Shown here piece after piece: positions 16,499-40,655 of a stretch of DNA of 64,000 nucleotides. The position numbers and the translations under genes are program-made. Numbering within the stretch: position 1 is the first letter of the stretch; the number at the start of each line of letters is the position of its first letter. A model generated the notes under the pieces. The model was not told the DNA's origin, searched no databases, and saw nothing but the letters and a program-made list of their open reading frames with translations. Source of the stretch: the human T2T-CHM13v2.0 reference genome, Homo sapiens; the NCBI RefSeq assembly GCF_009914755.1, contig NC_060943.1, one strand, 5' to 3'.

Positions 16499-17530
16499 GC
16501 ATTCCCCATCTAACTCAGGGCTGCTGTATTTGCCAAGAAAAACCTACAGGCAAGGTCAAACCAGGATGTGAAGTTGTGGTCATGTAGAGAAGGTGAGCAT
16601 GCCGGGGCAGCTCCCAGGAGGATGTTGTCTGCCCCGCCCCTCGCCCAACCTGGGACCCTCTGCAGGTTCACAAAGGAGGGCACATGTGAGCCCCTGGCTT
16701 CCCCAGTCAGTGTGTGGGGTCAGCTCTCAGCCCAGCCCCTTTCATCGCCACCAGATGCCCCTCCTCGCCCTTCCTGGTCCACATTTTACCATCAGCAGCT
16801 GGACACTAGCCCTAAGAGCCTAGAAGGGGTCTGTGAGTCATGGGTGGGGGCAGAGCAGCAAAGGGGTCCCATGTGGAGTGTTCTGCACCCCCTCCAAGGG
16901 CTGCAGAGACAGCGTCATGGACTCTGCCCTCTGCTGGACGGGTCCAGGGTGGATTGGGCACCCCTGCCTGCAGCTCTCTTCTGCCTGGTGCTGCTCCTTC
17001 CCTTCCTCCATGCCATCCACTTGGCTGGCCCAGTCTCCAGAGCTCAACAAGCCCCCAGGGTTGCGGGAGGGCTACCTGCTCTCTGGGCACAAAGCCCACC
17101 TGCCTCAGCTACTGAATGTGGAGGCTTTGGTCTGCAGTCTCAGGTTTGGGTTTTCATCCCGTTTCACCAGTGGCCTGACTTCTCAGCACACAGCTGGGCT
17201 GGGGGCACACGTGGCCTTGCTTCTTCGGGGCTCCTGACATCCCCTGCAGGTGCCCAGGCCTGGATGCCATGTGGTCACCCTATCAGGCCCAGCCAGGCGT
17301 CCCATCATGAGACATGCTCAGCGGCCCCCAGCCCATGGAGCCCAGGACCCAATCCAGACACTGGCCTGTAATTCTTTTCCTTTTGAAGACCTTAAATTAG
17401 AAGAAGCAACACGTGTTCCCATTTCTTGAAATTGGCAGATATTCGGATTTCATCGTGTTTGCTGCTGCCTTTTTTTAAAAAAACTTTTTTAAAAATGAAA
17501 CCTTATAGACGAAAGTGGAATCCAATCTGA

Positions 17531-19070
<1,540 letters not shown>

Positions 19071-21587
19071 TAATTCCTGCATAAGTGGTGTCACTTTACA
19101 TACAACATTCTACAGGCTGTGTTTTTCCACTCCACGTTTGTTGTTTGCCGTCAGACCACATTGATCTGTATCTCTCATTGCGTGAGTAGCCCCGGGTTTT
19201 TATCCTTTTCCCTGCTGGTAGGCATTTTGGTTGTCTCTGCTGGGCAGTCATTGCTCTTTGTGGAATGCAGTTCTGGTTTTGTCAGATTGTCCCTCAGCCA
19301 GGTACTCGGTGATCAGTCATGGTGGGACAGGTCAGTTCTGTCACTGGTAATCCCCTAGGTTTGCAGTATACAGCCAAGATCAGCAAGCTAAAAATAGCAG
19401 TTCTTACGTAAGGTAGTGTGGGCAGCCCTTCTCAGGACACTTGTGATCTGCAGGGGCAAGTGGAACGGGACTCGAGGGCCCAGCATCTTCTGTTCTGCAA
19501 TGCATCCACCCTCACACTGGGGCCCCACTCTGGCTTTCTACTGGTGGCCAGGCTCAGAACTGCAGCTCAGTGACCCAGAAACACTATGGGTGTGATCAGC
19601 TCAGCCCCAGGCGTGCCGTGTGTACCGGAATGCATGTGTGCACGTGGTGGTGGTGGGGCCAGCTCTCACCTCTTCCTCTGTAGAGGTAAGAGCTGAGTCA
19701 TGCATGGTGGGCCTTGGGACCTGCTTGGAACCGTGCCAAGCTACTTATGAAGCATCTAGTATGTGCTTGGCATGGCTCCAAGAATTGTGGACACAATGAA
19801 CAAGAAGAAGCTCCTGTTCTCATGGAGCTAAGAACTGAGCAGGGAAGCAGAAAACACACAAGCAATGAATAGACAAGCAAACAGCAGGTCCTGTTAAATC
19901 CCACAAAGAAAAACGATTGAATCCCAGAGAAGTGGCCAGCAGACCTTTTCTACAAAGGGCCAGGTGGTGAATATTTTAGGCTTTGTCACCATGTAGTCCC
20001 TGTCACCAACACTCAACTCTCCCATTGCAGTGTGGAAGCCACCAGAGACAATAATAAATGAACGAATGTGGCTGTGTCCCAATAAATCTTTAACAAAAGC
20101 AGGCTGAGGGCCGGATTTGACTCTCAGACCTTGGATTACCAATGCTTGTCCTGGGTGTGGGAAGAGGCTGCCTGAGCTGGGGTTGTCAGGGAGAACCCTT
20201 TCAAAAAGGAACTGAGAACCCGTTGCAGGAAGGAGCTGACCCTGGGACAGCCTGTCTCAGGTAGGACACAATGGCACCTTGCCACCGATATGGTGGCGGA
20301 GTTATGTGCTGAGAAATGGGCAGGCTAGATTTGAGAGGTAAAGATGATGAGATTTACTCATGGCTTGAATATTGGAGGTACAGGAAGGGGGAGATTCAAG
20401 GATGTGTCCTAGGTCTGGGGTTTGAACTCCTGGATGAATGGTGGTGTCACTGAAGGAGAGGAAGAGGTGCAGGTCTGCGGAGGTTTGTTGTTGGATGTGT
20501 TGAGTTTGAGGAGCTTATTAGACAAGCAGGTGAACATCTATGCTGACAGCCCTCCTAGAGCTTGGAGAGGCCAAGACTGGAGGCTTGGAATGGGGAATCT
20601 ATGGCATTTATGGGGTCTTCAAGGTCGTGAGTCTGGTGGGCTGGTGTGTGTGTGGACCAAGCAGGGGGCGCCCGGCATGAGCTCTGAGTTAGTGCTTAGT
20701 GCTTAGGGCACCAACAGAGGGGCCTGTGTGGCCTCACACTCCACTCGGGACGGCAGCATAGTGCGAGCTCCAGGGCCCCTGCCTCCTAGCATCGCCTCAG
20801 TTCCCCTCCTGTAAAGTGGGGATTCTGCCTTCTGGGGTTGGGTGGGAACTAAATGAGATAGTCACGCTTGGCTGACAGGAAGCACTCGGCGCCTGTGCTT
20901 GTGATGGTGGTGGTGACTGCTGCACTTCCTGGGTGGTTGCGTGGGTTGCAGGGCCTGTGACAGCTTGGTTTGGTGGATGGCAGAGTCAGGGTTGGGTTGG
21001 GGGTAGAGACACCCAGGTCTCCTGGCACAGACCGTTCTGATGTCCCGTTGAGGCCTGTTCCGCCCTGTTTTTCAAGGCTCCCCAGCGGGGCTGAACCTCT
21101 GCCCTCTGCTGCCCACAGTAGTAGCCGGCTCAGTAGCACTTTTTTTTTTTAAGAGATAGAATCCACTCAGTCACCTAGCTAGAGTGTAGTGGCATGATCA
21201 TAGCTCACTGTAGCCTCAAACTCCTGGGCTCGAGCCTCCTCTTGCCTCAGCCTTCCAAAACGCTGGAACCACAGGCATGAACCGCTGCACCTGGCCTAAG
21301 TAGCACACTTTATCACTGCCTTCCCATCCCTGTCTGGCCTCCACATCCCCTTTACTGGGAAATCCCCCTTCCCTCCCCGTAGTTCCCTGTACTCCCGTCT
21401 AAGGGTCAGCTTCCGAGGTGATGCTTCTCAGTGCTGGGCAGGCCTGCGGGTTACTGTGCGTAGTCAGTGGGCTGCCTGGCATGGTGGGTTAGTCAGTTGG
21501 GGGTGGGCAGCGTGGTTCTGACACCCCCATGCCTGAGCCTGGACATACTCCTTGTCTGTCTCCTCCTGCAGCCGCCAGCTGGAGACG

Positions 21588-22427
21588 ATGGTGGACCACT
21601 TGGCCAACACGGAGATCAACAGCCAGCGCATCGCGGCAGTGGAGAGCTGCTTCGGGGCCTCGGGGCAGCCGCTGGCGCTGCCAGGCCGAGTGCTGCTGGG
21701 CGAGGGCGTGCTGACCAAAGAGTGCCGCAAGAAGGCCAAGCCGCGCATCTTCTTCCTCTTTAACGACATCCTGGTGTATGGCAGCATCGTGCTCAACAAG
21801 CGCAAGTACCGCAGCCAGCACATCATCCCCCTGGAGGAGGTCACACTGGAGCTGTTGCCGGAGACGCTGCAGGCCAAGAACCGCTGGATGATCAAGACGG
21901 CCAAGAAGTCCTTTGTGGTGTCGGCCGCCTCCGCTACGGAGCGCCAGGAATGGATTAGCCACATCGAGGAGTGCGTGCGGCGGCAACTGAGGGCCACGGG
22001 CCGCCCGCCCAGCACGGAGCACGCGGCACCCTGGATCCCCGACAAGGCCACGGACATCTGCATGCGCTGCACGCAGACGCGCTTCTCTGCCCTCACGAGG
22101 CGCCACCACTGCCGCAAGTGCGGCTTCGTGGTCTGCGCTGAGTGCTCGCGCCAGCGCTTCCTGCTCCCGCGCCTGTCCCCCAAGCCCGTGCGCGTCTGCA
22201 GCCTCTGCTACCGCGAACTGGCCGCCCAGCAGCGGCAGGAGGAGGCGGAGGAGCAGGGCGCGGGGTCCCCAGGGCAGCCAGCCCACCTGGCCCGGCCCAT
22301 CTGCGGAGCGTCCAGTGGAGATGACGATGACTCCGACGAGGACAAGGAGGGCAGCAGGGACGGCGACTGGCCCAGCAGCGTGGAGTTCTACGCCTCGGGG
22401 GTGGCCTGGTCTGCCTTCCACAGCTGA
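21588..22427 (+). CDS. PLEKHF1: Pleckstrin homology and FYVE domain-containing 1 (Phafin-1/LAPF), 279 aa, single coding exon
   Basis: Acceptor tcctcctgcag| (exon starts 21572). Kozak GAGACGATGG at 21588, TGA ends 22427. Protein MVDHLANTEINSQRIAAVESCFG..., with PH domain (GEGVLTKECRKK...ERQEWISHIEECV), FYVE signatures WIPD, RRHHCR, RVC, and an acidic DDDDSDED tail. Confidence 0.97.
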   Translation: MVDHLANTEINSQRIAAVESCFGASGQPLALPGRVLLGEGVLTKECRKKAKPRIFFLFNDILVYGSIVLNKRKYRSQHIIPLEEVTLELLPETLQAKNRWMIKTAKKSFVVSAASATERQEWISHIEECVRRQLRATGRPPSTEHAAPWIPDKATDICMRCTQTRFSALTRRHHCRKCGFVVCAECSRQRFLLPRLSPKPVRVCSLCYRELAAQQRQEEAEEQGAGSPGQPAHLARPICGASSGDDDDSDEDKEGSRDGDWPSSVEFYASGVAWSAFHS

Positions 22428-23184
22428 CCCCCGGCCTGCAGAACATCTGTCCCCAAGCCAGCTCCACTGCCCAGGCCCCCAAGAGGGCAGCTCCAGAAGC
22501 TGCCCAGGGCTCCGGGACCCCATCCCATGGTGGCAGGTGCAGCGGTGGGGAGTGGCTCTTTCTGGACTCCCAGTGCCTTTTTGCTGGACACTGTGTCCTT
22601 ATGGCTTCACTGCAGGTAATGCCTTTCCCTTCAGGAAGCCCCAGAACACCCACAGGTCTTGGTAACAAACGCCACCTTACACTCTGCAGGCTGCAGCGGC
22701 AGCTCCAGATGGCCTCCTGAGCTGGACGACCCCAGGTCTCCAGACATCTAGGGACCAGAGCAGGTTTGGGAACACAGAGGGAAGACAGGATGGGAGTGTA
22801 GCCACAGAACCCACCTGCACCCTGACAGGCACACCCCACTGAAGAGCCTGAGTCCCAGGAGGCCTCCTGGAAGCCCAGGACTGCCCACCCACCACGCTGG
22901 TGCCCACCGCCTGGCCAGCCAAGCCCTGCCGATCAGACATGTGGGCTCCCCGAAGCCCAGCCAGAGACTGCCGTGCTGTGGGTGCCACCAGGCCCAGGGA
23001 CTGCAGCCTGAGCTCCCCGAGGCCCAGGGCAGCCGGGTGAGGACTCTGTCCTGTGTCACCTCTCTCCAGGTGTCCAGCTGTCTCATGCCTTTTTGTCCTG
23101 TCCTCAGCTCTCCGTGTGGTCAGCGAAACCATTGTTTTCTGTTAGGACTCAGTTGCAAGAACAGAAACCCTGCCCCCACTTAAT

Positions 23185-23190
23185 AATAAA
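23185..23190 (+). terminator. PLEKHF1: PLEKHF1 polyadenylation signal AATAAA
   Basis: First AATAAA seen after the stop codon (~760 nt), followed by G/T-rich tattgatgggtggttg. Confidence 0.8.
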
Positions 23191-24062
23191 AAAGAAAGTT
23201 TATTGATGGGTGGTTGCAAAACAAACCCAGGAGTGTCCTTGCTTCAGACATGGCTCTGTCCATGGTTGAAAATGTGCTAGGTGGCAAAAATCTACCACTG
23301 TCCCCCACACTGGGAGTTCTTGTGTATGCTGGCTGCCTGAAGGAGACAGACGCTCATGCTGTGCCTTGGCTGGGCTCCCCCAGGACACAGGTCTGTCCGG
23401 GTGCCATGACCGTGGCCTGATGCCTGCTGCCCTATTCACTTTGGTGTGGGCGATCTCAGTGGATGGAACTGAGGAAACAAATAGCCATTTGTGTGGCTCT
23501 GCCGGGCCTCCCAGGCTGAGAGCTTCCCCGTGCAGTCCTGCCTGGCCCTGGGGCTGGTGCTATGGAGAGGGAAACTGGGCCCCAGGTACACCAGCCTTTC
23601 TCAGAGTGAGTGTGCATTGGGCCTGGGGCTCGAGGTCAGCCTCCCAACGCCTGGCCCCATGCTGGCCATGGAACTGGGGATCCTTTAACAGTGTCCCACG
23701 AGTGCTTCTGCACTAGTCTTTCCCAGCGCCTCAGCCTTGGCAGGACTGGGGCATGGACTGGGGTTGCTGTCAGCTAGAAGTGGTGACCGTGGGGCTGGGA
23801 GTTCCCTGCCCACGCAGTACAGCATCTGAAACCCCACTGACAGGGCCTCTCCCTGGCCTAGCACCATCCTCCTGGGGCCAGTTCTCAGAGGTTCACGTGC
23901 AGACAGAACCCTGGAGGGTGCAGTTCGAGTGCAGATTCTGATTCGGCAGGTCGAAGCCCAGCTCCCAGGGCCTGCCGCTACCACCACCCACAGACCACCC
24001 TTGAGGTGACAAGGCCTGCTGGTGGCCTGTGGGCACCCTGTGAGGGAGGCGGGAGGGTCAGT

Positions 24063-27312
<3,250 letters not shown>

Positions 27313-30300
27313 GCTCTCCCTTTAGAGCTCTGCAGGATGCAGTGTTCCCACGGGACCCAGAGGCTGCAGACACTAAGGAGACTTTCACAAAGGTCAAGTA
27401 GCCCCTACCTGTGGGCTTTGGTGGTTGGGATTTTTCCATGCCAAGTTTTCTTAAAGATGGGCCCGCCATCATGTATGCTGGTAACATTGGGGTGTTGCCT
27501 GCCAGAGGCCAGGGAGCCAGGCGGGGGGTTCACAGGTCCCCAAGAATTTTGTCCCTCCTTGATGATGATGGGGTGCAGGTGCTGATGGTGGCAGCGACTG
27601 CCACTTACTGAGGCCCACCCATGCGCTGGTTCCAAGGAGGCAGAGACAGGTCACGTGAGGCCATCCTAAGGCTAAAGGAGATATGTCATGAGCCCTGAGA
27701 GAGGGATAGACAAAGCCAGAGAAAGGAACTCCCAAAACAGCTGGGTGGGCTTCCTGGAGGAGGCGGTGTTTGGTTGAGCCTCAGAGGATGGTAGGACTTT
27801 ATCAGAGGATTGTAGTCTCCACGAGGACTGGGACTCTGGGCCTTTTTGGTAACTGTCTTTTCCTGTCCTTGGCACTAAACATATGTTGAATGAATAAATG
27901 AGTCAGGTAGAAAATGGGGCTGGGGGCATCGGGGTAGAGAGGATGATAATGAAAGCAACTGAGCTTCACCCTGGAGCCTCCAGGCCAGGCTGTGGATGGG
28001 AACTGGTGTTCCTGGTGTATTTCTACAGGAGCAGGGCCAGCAGGAGGGCTCAGCCTGGCCCAGGGTTTAGGGAACAGTCCCCCTCCAAGACGCTAAATGT
28101 GAGTGGCCTTCGCAGGTGGGGACAGGAATGCCCACCCCACCCCACCCAAGTAGCGCTTTCTGGAGCTGGGTCTGACTTGATCACAGGCCGGGCTCCAGGC
28201 TTCCATGGGGCTGTCGTCCAGGCTGGCACCAGAGGGTTTCCGCTGGCCTGGCCACTTCCCTGCCCAGCCTGTTCTTTGAACAAGGCCAGAAAGAGGCCTA
28301 GGAGAAGGCAAAGCCGCTCCTGGGCTCAGCCCCTGGGATGGGGCCTGGAGGTGACTCGAAGGCTGACCCAGTTCCCAGCCAGGATCCGCTGCCACCCGGG
28401 CCACACGCGCAAACCAAGGCAACCACTTCCGCTGGGGCCGTCTCTGAGGAGATGTGCAGGAAGTGAACTTCCTGGGGCTGAGGGCAGGGGAGAGGCCGCC
28501 TCCTAACACCTCATGCCCGCAGGCCCAGGGCTGCCCCTCAGCCCTTGCTGGCTGGGAGAAGGAGGGTCCTCTGCCTCTGTCTGCATCTAGGCTCTTCACC
28601 TGGGAGGCGCCCACACCGTCCATGCCCGTGCTCTGCCTCTGCCCTCAGCAGACTTGATGGAACCGGTGCCCAGGAGCAAAACCTCAGGCAACGCAGGGGC
28701 CCAGAGTGGGCAGAGGGAGGGGTCTGCCTCGACGGCCCAGCAGATCTGGGCTCCGGCCTGTCCTGGGCTGCTTGCTGACCCCATACCCACCATTTCCCCA
28801 GTCTGCCTGTGAACTTTGGCCCGGCCCTTCCTGTGAACCTGGCACAGAAGCCACCTCCTCTCTGAAGCCTTCCTGGCTTGCCCCAGGTAGTGTGGATCAC
28901 TCATCTGTGCCCCCAGAGGCCCGGTGGCCCCTGCTCCAGCTCTCCCACCTCCACTCTCTACAAGGAGCCTCAGGCAGCCTGTGCCCCCCAAACCTGGCCT
29001 TGGCATCTGAGCTCCTTGAAAGCACAGGTGTTTCTCATTTGTTTTTGGCCTCCATGGCCCCCAACCCATGGTCCTGCACCGCTGGGCATCGCACAGGTGC
29101 TTCCCTTGCAAGGAGGAATTGTCAACTTCCCTAGCTCCTGGAGGACACTGGGAAGATGTCACAGGGATCTCAAAGCCCATGTGTCCCAAAATGACAGCAT
29201 TGGCTTTGCCCAACCCGCTTGTCCTGCCTCTGCCAACACCTACACCTGGGCAACCCAGCCAAACCCTAAGGTGTCTCTCGACCCTTTCTTGCTCCTTCCA
29301 CCTCCTCCCCTACGCCTTCCAGGGCCCCAGGCCCAGAATGGAGGCATCTGTGGTGCATTCAGGCACCTGAAGGAGTAGCCCTGCAGGAGTAGCTCAGGCG
29401 AGGCCACAGAGGCAGGTGTGGGCCAGTGTAGAAGGGAGGACAGGGAGTGACCCCAGGGAGACTCCAGCCTCCTCTCCATCATCCCCTTTGGCGTCAGGGC
29501 TGGAAACTGGGCCCAGAGGGTGGGCGCACCCTGCACTTGTGTGTCAGGGTCGGGCCAGGAGCAGAGCTGCGGCCAGCTGTGTGGCCTCTGGCCTCCCAAG
29601 CCCCCTCTCCTGCTGGCTTCCATCACCACCACCAAGTCCAGCTCCGAATGGAATGTTCCAATGCTCAGAGCAGAGCAGCAGGCAGGGAAGGAATGGGGAT
29701 GTGGGCAGGCAGAGCCAGACATTTCTGGGCAACAACAAGGGGAAATTTCAATCCTTGGAGCATCAGCTCAGGGTTCCTGCCAGACATTCTGACCCTGAAA
29801 CACAGGCTTTCTGGAGAAGAGGGCCTGCCCACTGTGGTCCCAGGCTGGGAGGCAGAGAGCCTAGGGCCTGGGGCTGGTCATCTGGGCTGCCCAGAAGTGC
29901 CCGAGGCAGTCCCTGTCTCCCGCAGCAGCACAGCTACGCCCATCATGCTTCCTCTAGCTGCCCACGGCAGCACCTGGGCTATGGGGACCTGGGCTCCGGG
30001 ATTCTGGAGCAGCACACTGGGACACTTCGTACAGTTTGCAAATTACTAATACCCTTAAAATACCAAAATGCCTTTGGATTTCAGCAGCCACCAGACCTCC
30101 TGGGGGCCCCCACCATGAAGCAGAGGCCTTTGAACCTCGCCTGCCCCAGCCATAACCACTTGCTGGCACAACCCAATCCCTGAGGGTTTCTTTCCCCCAC
30201 GCCAGAGCTGGAGTTGGTACAGAGAGAGCAAGAGTCAAAGCACAACTGCTCAGCAAGTTTTGGGGGTCGGGGGCGGGAGGGGGGACTGGGCTTCTAACAA

Positions 30301-31261
30301 GACCGTTTCGTGGGGGCCGGGGGTGCTGGTCATACACCCCGTGGCAGGCCACAGGCTCCCCAAGCCCCCTCTATTCTGCGTTCATGCTGTTTCTGCACCT
30401 TGAAACCCGGCACATTCATAGCTCCATGCCCACGTGTGGCTGGGAGTGAGCTCCCAGGGTGGCAGCTGCCAGTGGCACAGCACTTCTCCACCCGGAACCT
30501 CCTCTTCCTCACCTTCTGCTGCACAGCCTGATACGGCTGACCCCACCCATATCCTGGCTCTAGAAATGGGCACAGGACAGGGGTCTAAGCAGCCAGTGCA
30601 CCCATCCCCCGACTATAGTCTTTGAGGGTCAAAAGCCTCTACTCCCACTGTGCAGAGGGAGGGGTGGTCCCTGGAGCACACCAGCAGGTGAGTCACGGTG
30701 CAGGGCTCTCAGGAGAGTCCAGGGAAAGGGATGGAGGTGAGGATCTTGGGGTCTAGATTCATTCCCAGAATGAGCCTGTCCGTAGTTGGGGAGCACTGCA
30801 CGGTTTTAAATCAGTTACAGAGAAAACCACCCAGCAATGAGCAACTCCAAGATGTGAAGGGGAGCATTCAGTAGCACAATGGACACAGTGACTGGCGCCT
30901 TTGTGCAAACCCAAAACAATGGACTCTCACTCAGCAGGTCTCCCCCTCACGGCTGATGAACATGAGTCAAAGCCGGAGGAGGCAACAGAATTCAGAGACA
31001 AACCTCAACTTAGAGGACACTGATGCGGAAGAACCCAGCGGCTTCCAGGGCTTACTCTGTTAAAGCGCCCGTGTCCCTACTACTAGGTCCAAGGTATTTC
31101 TGCATATTGGTGTCCTCTCCAAAGGTCAAGGAGCAAGCGGTTAGGGAAATCAGTAAGTCCTCAAAGGAGTACTGGGAGAAATTAGCATGGGGGCCGGACA
31201 CACAGTTCAGAGAGTGGGGACAGCCAGCCATGTGGCGATGGGTCATCCCTGCCTTGGGACT

Positions 31262-33130
<1,869 letters not shown>

Positions 33131-33374
33131 TGGAATACAGGTCTCAGACACTGTCCTGGAATCGGAGCTCGCCTCACCAGTTTCATGGGGTCGGTCTGGG
33201 GACGGGAGGGGCAGCTGTTCCTCCAGCATTCAGGCAGAGCGGGTGCCTGAGACTGACATCGTGTGGGTGTTAGGCCCAGTTCCAAACCAAAGAGGCAGTC
33301 AGCATATTTATGGCATGCACAGGTTGGCATTGGTGCAAAAAATGAAAGAGGAGAAAACTGCCCGCCAGCTTTTA

Positions 33375-35330
<1,956 letters not shown>

Positions 35331-35349
35331 AAAGCGAGTTTGGGGTTTT

Positions 35350-37270
35350 GAAAAAATAGCATTTTTGAGATATTGTTCACATCCCATAAGATCCGCCCCC
35401 TCTTTGGAGTATCCAACTCAGTGGTTTTTAGTAGTCACAAGATTGTGCAGCCATCACCACTATCCAATTTCAGAACAGTTTCATCACCCCACAGAGAAAC
35501 CCTACACCCATGACGAGTCACTACCCGTTCCTCCCACCTCCCAGCCCCTGGCAACGGCGAACCTACTTTCCACCTCTGTGGATTTGCCTTTTCTGCACAT
35601 TTCATGTAAATGGAATTATACAATACATGGTCTTTTGTGACTAGTTTCTTTCACTCGGTATAATTTTTTTTTTTTTTTTGATGGAGTCTCACTGTGTTAC
35701 CCAGGCTGCAGTACAGTGGCACGATCTCGGCTGACAGCAACCTCTACCTCCTGGGTTCAAGTGATTCTTCTGCCTCAGCCTCCCGAGGAGCTGGGATTAC
35801 AGGCATGCGTCACCACACCCAGCTAATTTTTGTATTTTTAGCAGAGACAGAGTTTCACCATGTTGCCCAGGCTGGTCTCGAACTCCTGACCTCAAGTGAT
35901 TCACCCGCCTCGGTCTCCCAAAGTGCTGGGATCACAGGCGTAAGCCCCGTGCCTGGCCTTAGTATAATATTCAAGATTCATCCATGTTTAGCGCGGATCA
36001 GTATGCAATTCCTTTTTATGGCTGAGTAATAGCCCATCCTATGTTCTACACATTTTGTTATTATTCACCAGATGATGGACATTTAGTTGTAATGCTTTTT
36101 GGCTATTGTGAGTAATGTTGCTTGTGAACACTGGTGTGTGTGTGTTTTTGTCTGGACATATGTTTTCCACTCTCTTGGGTATATGCCTAGGGGTGGAATT
36201 GCTGAGTCATGCAGTCACTCTGTTTAACGTTTTGAGAAGCTGTCAAACTGTTTTCCAAAACGGCTACATCATTTTACATTCCCACCAGCAATGTACAAAG
36301 GTTCTGATTTCTTCCCAACCTCATCAATACTTGTTATTCTCTTTATTTTAACCATCCTAGTAGGGAAAAAGTGGTATATTGTGGTTTTGACGGCTGATGG
36401 TGTTGAGCCTCTTCTCATGCGCTTAGTGTCCACTTTTAAATTAGGACATTTGCCTCTTTTTTTGTAGCGATGGAGTCTCATTATGTTGCCCAGTCTGGTC
36501 TTGAACTCCTGGGCTGGCAGAAGCAATCTTCCTGCTTCTGCCACCCAAAATACTGGTATTATAGACATGAGCCACCAAGCCCAGCCACGTTTGTCTTTTT
36601 ATTGCTTAGTTGCGAGCATTCTTTATACATTCTAGATACTAGTCCCTTATCAGATACATGATTTGCAGTTATTTTCTCTCATTCCATGGTTTGTTTTTTT
36701 CACTTTCTTGATAGTGCCCAATGCACGTAAGTTTTAAATTTTTGATGAAATCCCATTAACCTATTTTTTCATTTGCCACTTGTGTGTTTATGTCATATCT
36801 AAGAAACCACTGCCTAATCCAAGGTCATAAAGAGTTATTCCTATGTTTTCATCTAAGGGTTTTATAGTTTTAGTTGTTACATTTATGTCTGTTTAGACTT
36901 AATTTTTTTTTTCTAACAGGAAAAAAAGGAGGATTGCTGGATTCAAGCAATCCTGTCACCTCAGCCACCCAAGTAGCTGGGACTACAGGTGCATGCCACC
37001 ACACCTGGCTAATTTTTCTATTTTTTGTAGAGTCAGGGTCTCACTATGTTGCCCAGGCTGGTCTTGTACTCTTGGCCTCAAGTGATCCTCCCAACTTTGG
37101 GTCCCAAAATGCTGGGATTACAGGTGTGAGCCACTGCACCTGGCTTTGACATAATTTTTTTACATGGTATAAGGTAGGCAGTAGACTTCATTATTTTGCA
37201 TGTAGTCATGCAGTAGTCCTAGCACTACTGGTTGAAAAGACAATTATTCCCCAACAAAATTGTCCTAATA
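35350..37270 (-). mobile_element. L1M 3'/ORF2 fragment with Alu insertions (35664-35958; ~36460-36586; ~36940-37145)
   Basis: cattttacattcccaccagcaatgtac and cccttatcagatacatgatttgca are L1 phrases. Confidence 0.8.
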
Positions 37271-37468
37271 CTCATTGACATTTTGGTTGTTTTTAATATT
37301 GGAGAACAAATGTGCGTGTTCATGCTAATGAACCTGTGGAGGCTGTGGAGAGGGGGAATCAGTGACACAGAGAGGAAGAGGAGAATGACTAGAGTGGCAT
37401 CCCCTGATGGGAGAGGGGGTGGACCTGGTGTCCAGTGGAGGAGGTGGCCTTAAAGCAAGGTCAGTTCA

Positions 37469-38370
<902 letters not shown>

Positions 38371-38694
38371 TCAATGTGGTCAGGTGTTTTTCTTCAGCCA
38401 TATCTGATGAGGCAGTTGGAGGGAGAGGGGATAGGAACTTGGGGATGCCATCATCCAAGGCCTCCACAGCAGGGCTGCCTGTTCCTGGGGCAGGACAAGG
38501 CTGGTGCCCAGTGGCTGCAGTAAGTGACCCTCTCACTGGCGATGCTTGGAGTCACTCAGGTAGGTGGTCTCACCCACACACCAGGTCTATTTGACATCTC
38601 AAGGGAGGGGGAAATGCCCCTGCCTTAGGTCTGGTTAGAGAGCACAGATTAGGGAAGCCACCAGTAAGCCCTCAACTCTCCCAACTCCCAACCT

Positions 38695-39742
<1,048 letters not shown>

Positions 39743-39929
39743 CCTCCCAACCTGCTCTTGACCTCTAACAAGGATATCAAACAAGCCCAGATGCTAAATT
39801 TCAGAACAGAGGAGAGACAGAAAAAAAGAGTGGTTCCTGGCTCTGAAAGGAGTGTCTGTATCACCGGCAACCTGAGTGGAAAAGAAAAAAGAAATCTTTC
39901 ATTTTTATACTTTCTATTGTGTATTTTAT

Positions 39930-40655
39930 AGAGTTGTGATTCCCAATATGCTAGCCACTGGCCACATGTGACTAGTCAGAATTGAGATGTGCTAGCAAGT
40001 GTAAAATAGACACCACGTTTCGAAGGCTTAATATGAAAAAAATGGAAATCATCTCAATAATCTTTTATATTGATTACATGTTGAAATGATAATAGGTTGG
40101 ATATCAGGTTAAAAAACATATTATTAAATTAATTTCTTCTGTTTGTTCCTACTTTTTAAAAGTGTGGGTTACGAGAAAATCTCAAGTTACACGTGACTCA
40201 CTTTGGAGGCCAAAGAAGCTCCATCTTGGATACTAATCTGCCAAGTTGGCTTCTGATGAACCCCCATTCCAGGAAGGCCTCTAAGATCCCAATTTCTCTA
40301 TCATTTCTTGTATGATTGCAGGTACTTACCATAAATCCTTAGGTCAAACAACCTTGATGTTATCCTACTTCAACTGTCTACACATCCCTTCTGAACCACC
40401 CTCCCCTCTGGTATACAAGTCCTGGGTCTTGGGGGTGATGGCGCGGGGTCCACCATCTTGTCTTGCCACTGCCAAGACACAGACATGGCTTCTGTCCGTA
40501 AGTCCCTACTGAATGATTCTTTCTAAGGAACTAGATATGCCAGCCTCTTTCTTTGGCCTCTCAGCTTCCTCAGATGTTGGGGTAGGTTTGTATACACCTG
40601 CCCATGGTAAAACTCACGTTTGGCTTGTATTCTATTCATGTTGGATAGCGCTGAC
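39930..40655. mobile_element. MER33-like hAT element split by an ERVL solo LTR (LTR47-like, 40202-40612)
   Basis: 5-bp TSD CTCAC at 40197-40201 and 40613-40617. The MER33-like sequence ends ...ttggatagcgctg. Confidence 0.65.

Noticed and set aside
21552-21587. 291-aa version of PLEKHF1 in the ORF track
   Set aside because: It starts at a TTG in the intronic polypyrimidine tract upstream of the acceptor (21571). The real start is ATG 21588.
21464-22839. Antisense ORFs of 239-344 aa over PLEKHF1
   Set aside because: Shadow ORFs expected from GC3-rich coding sequence, with no recognisable protein features.
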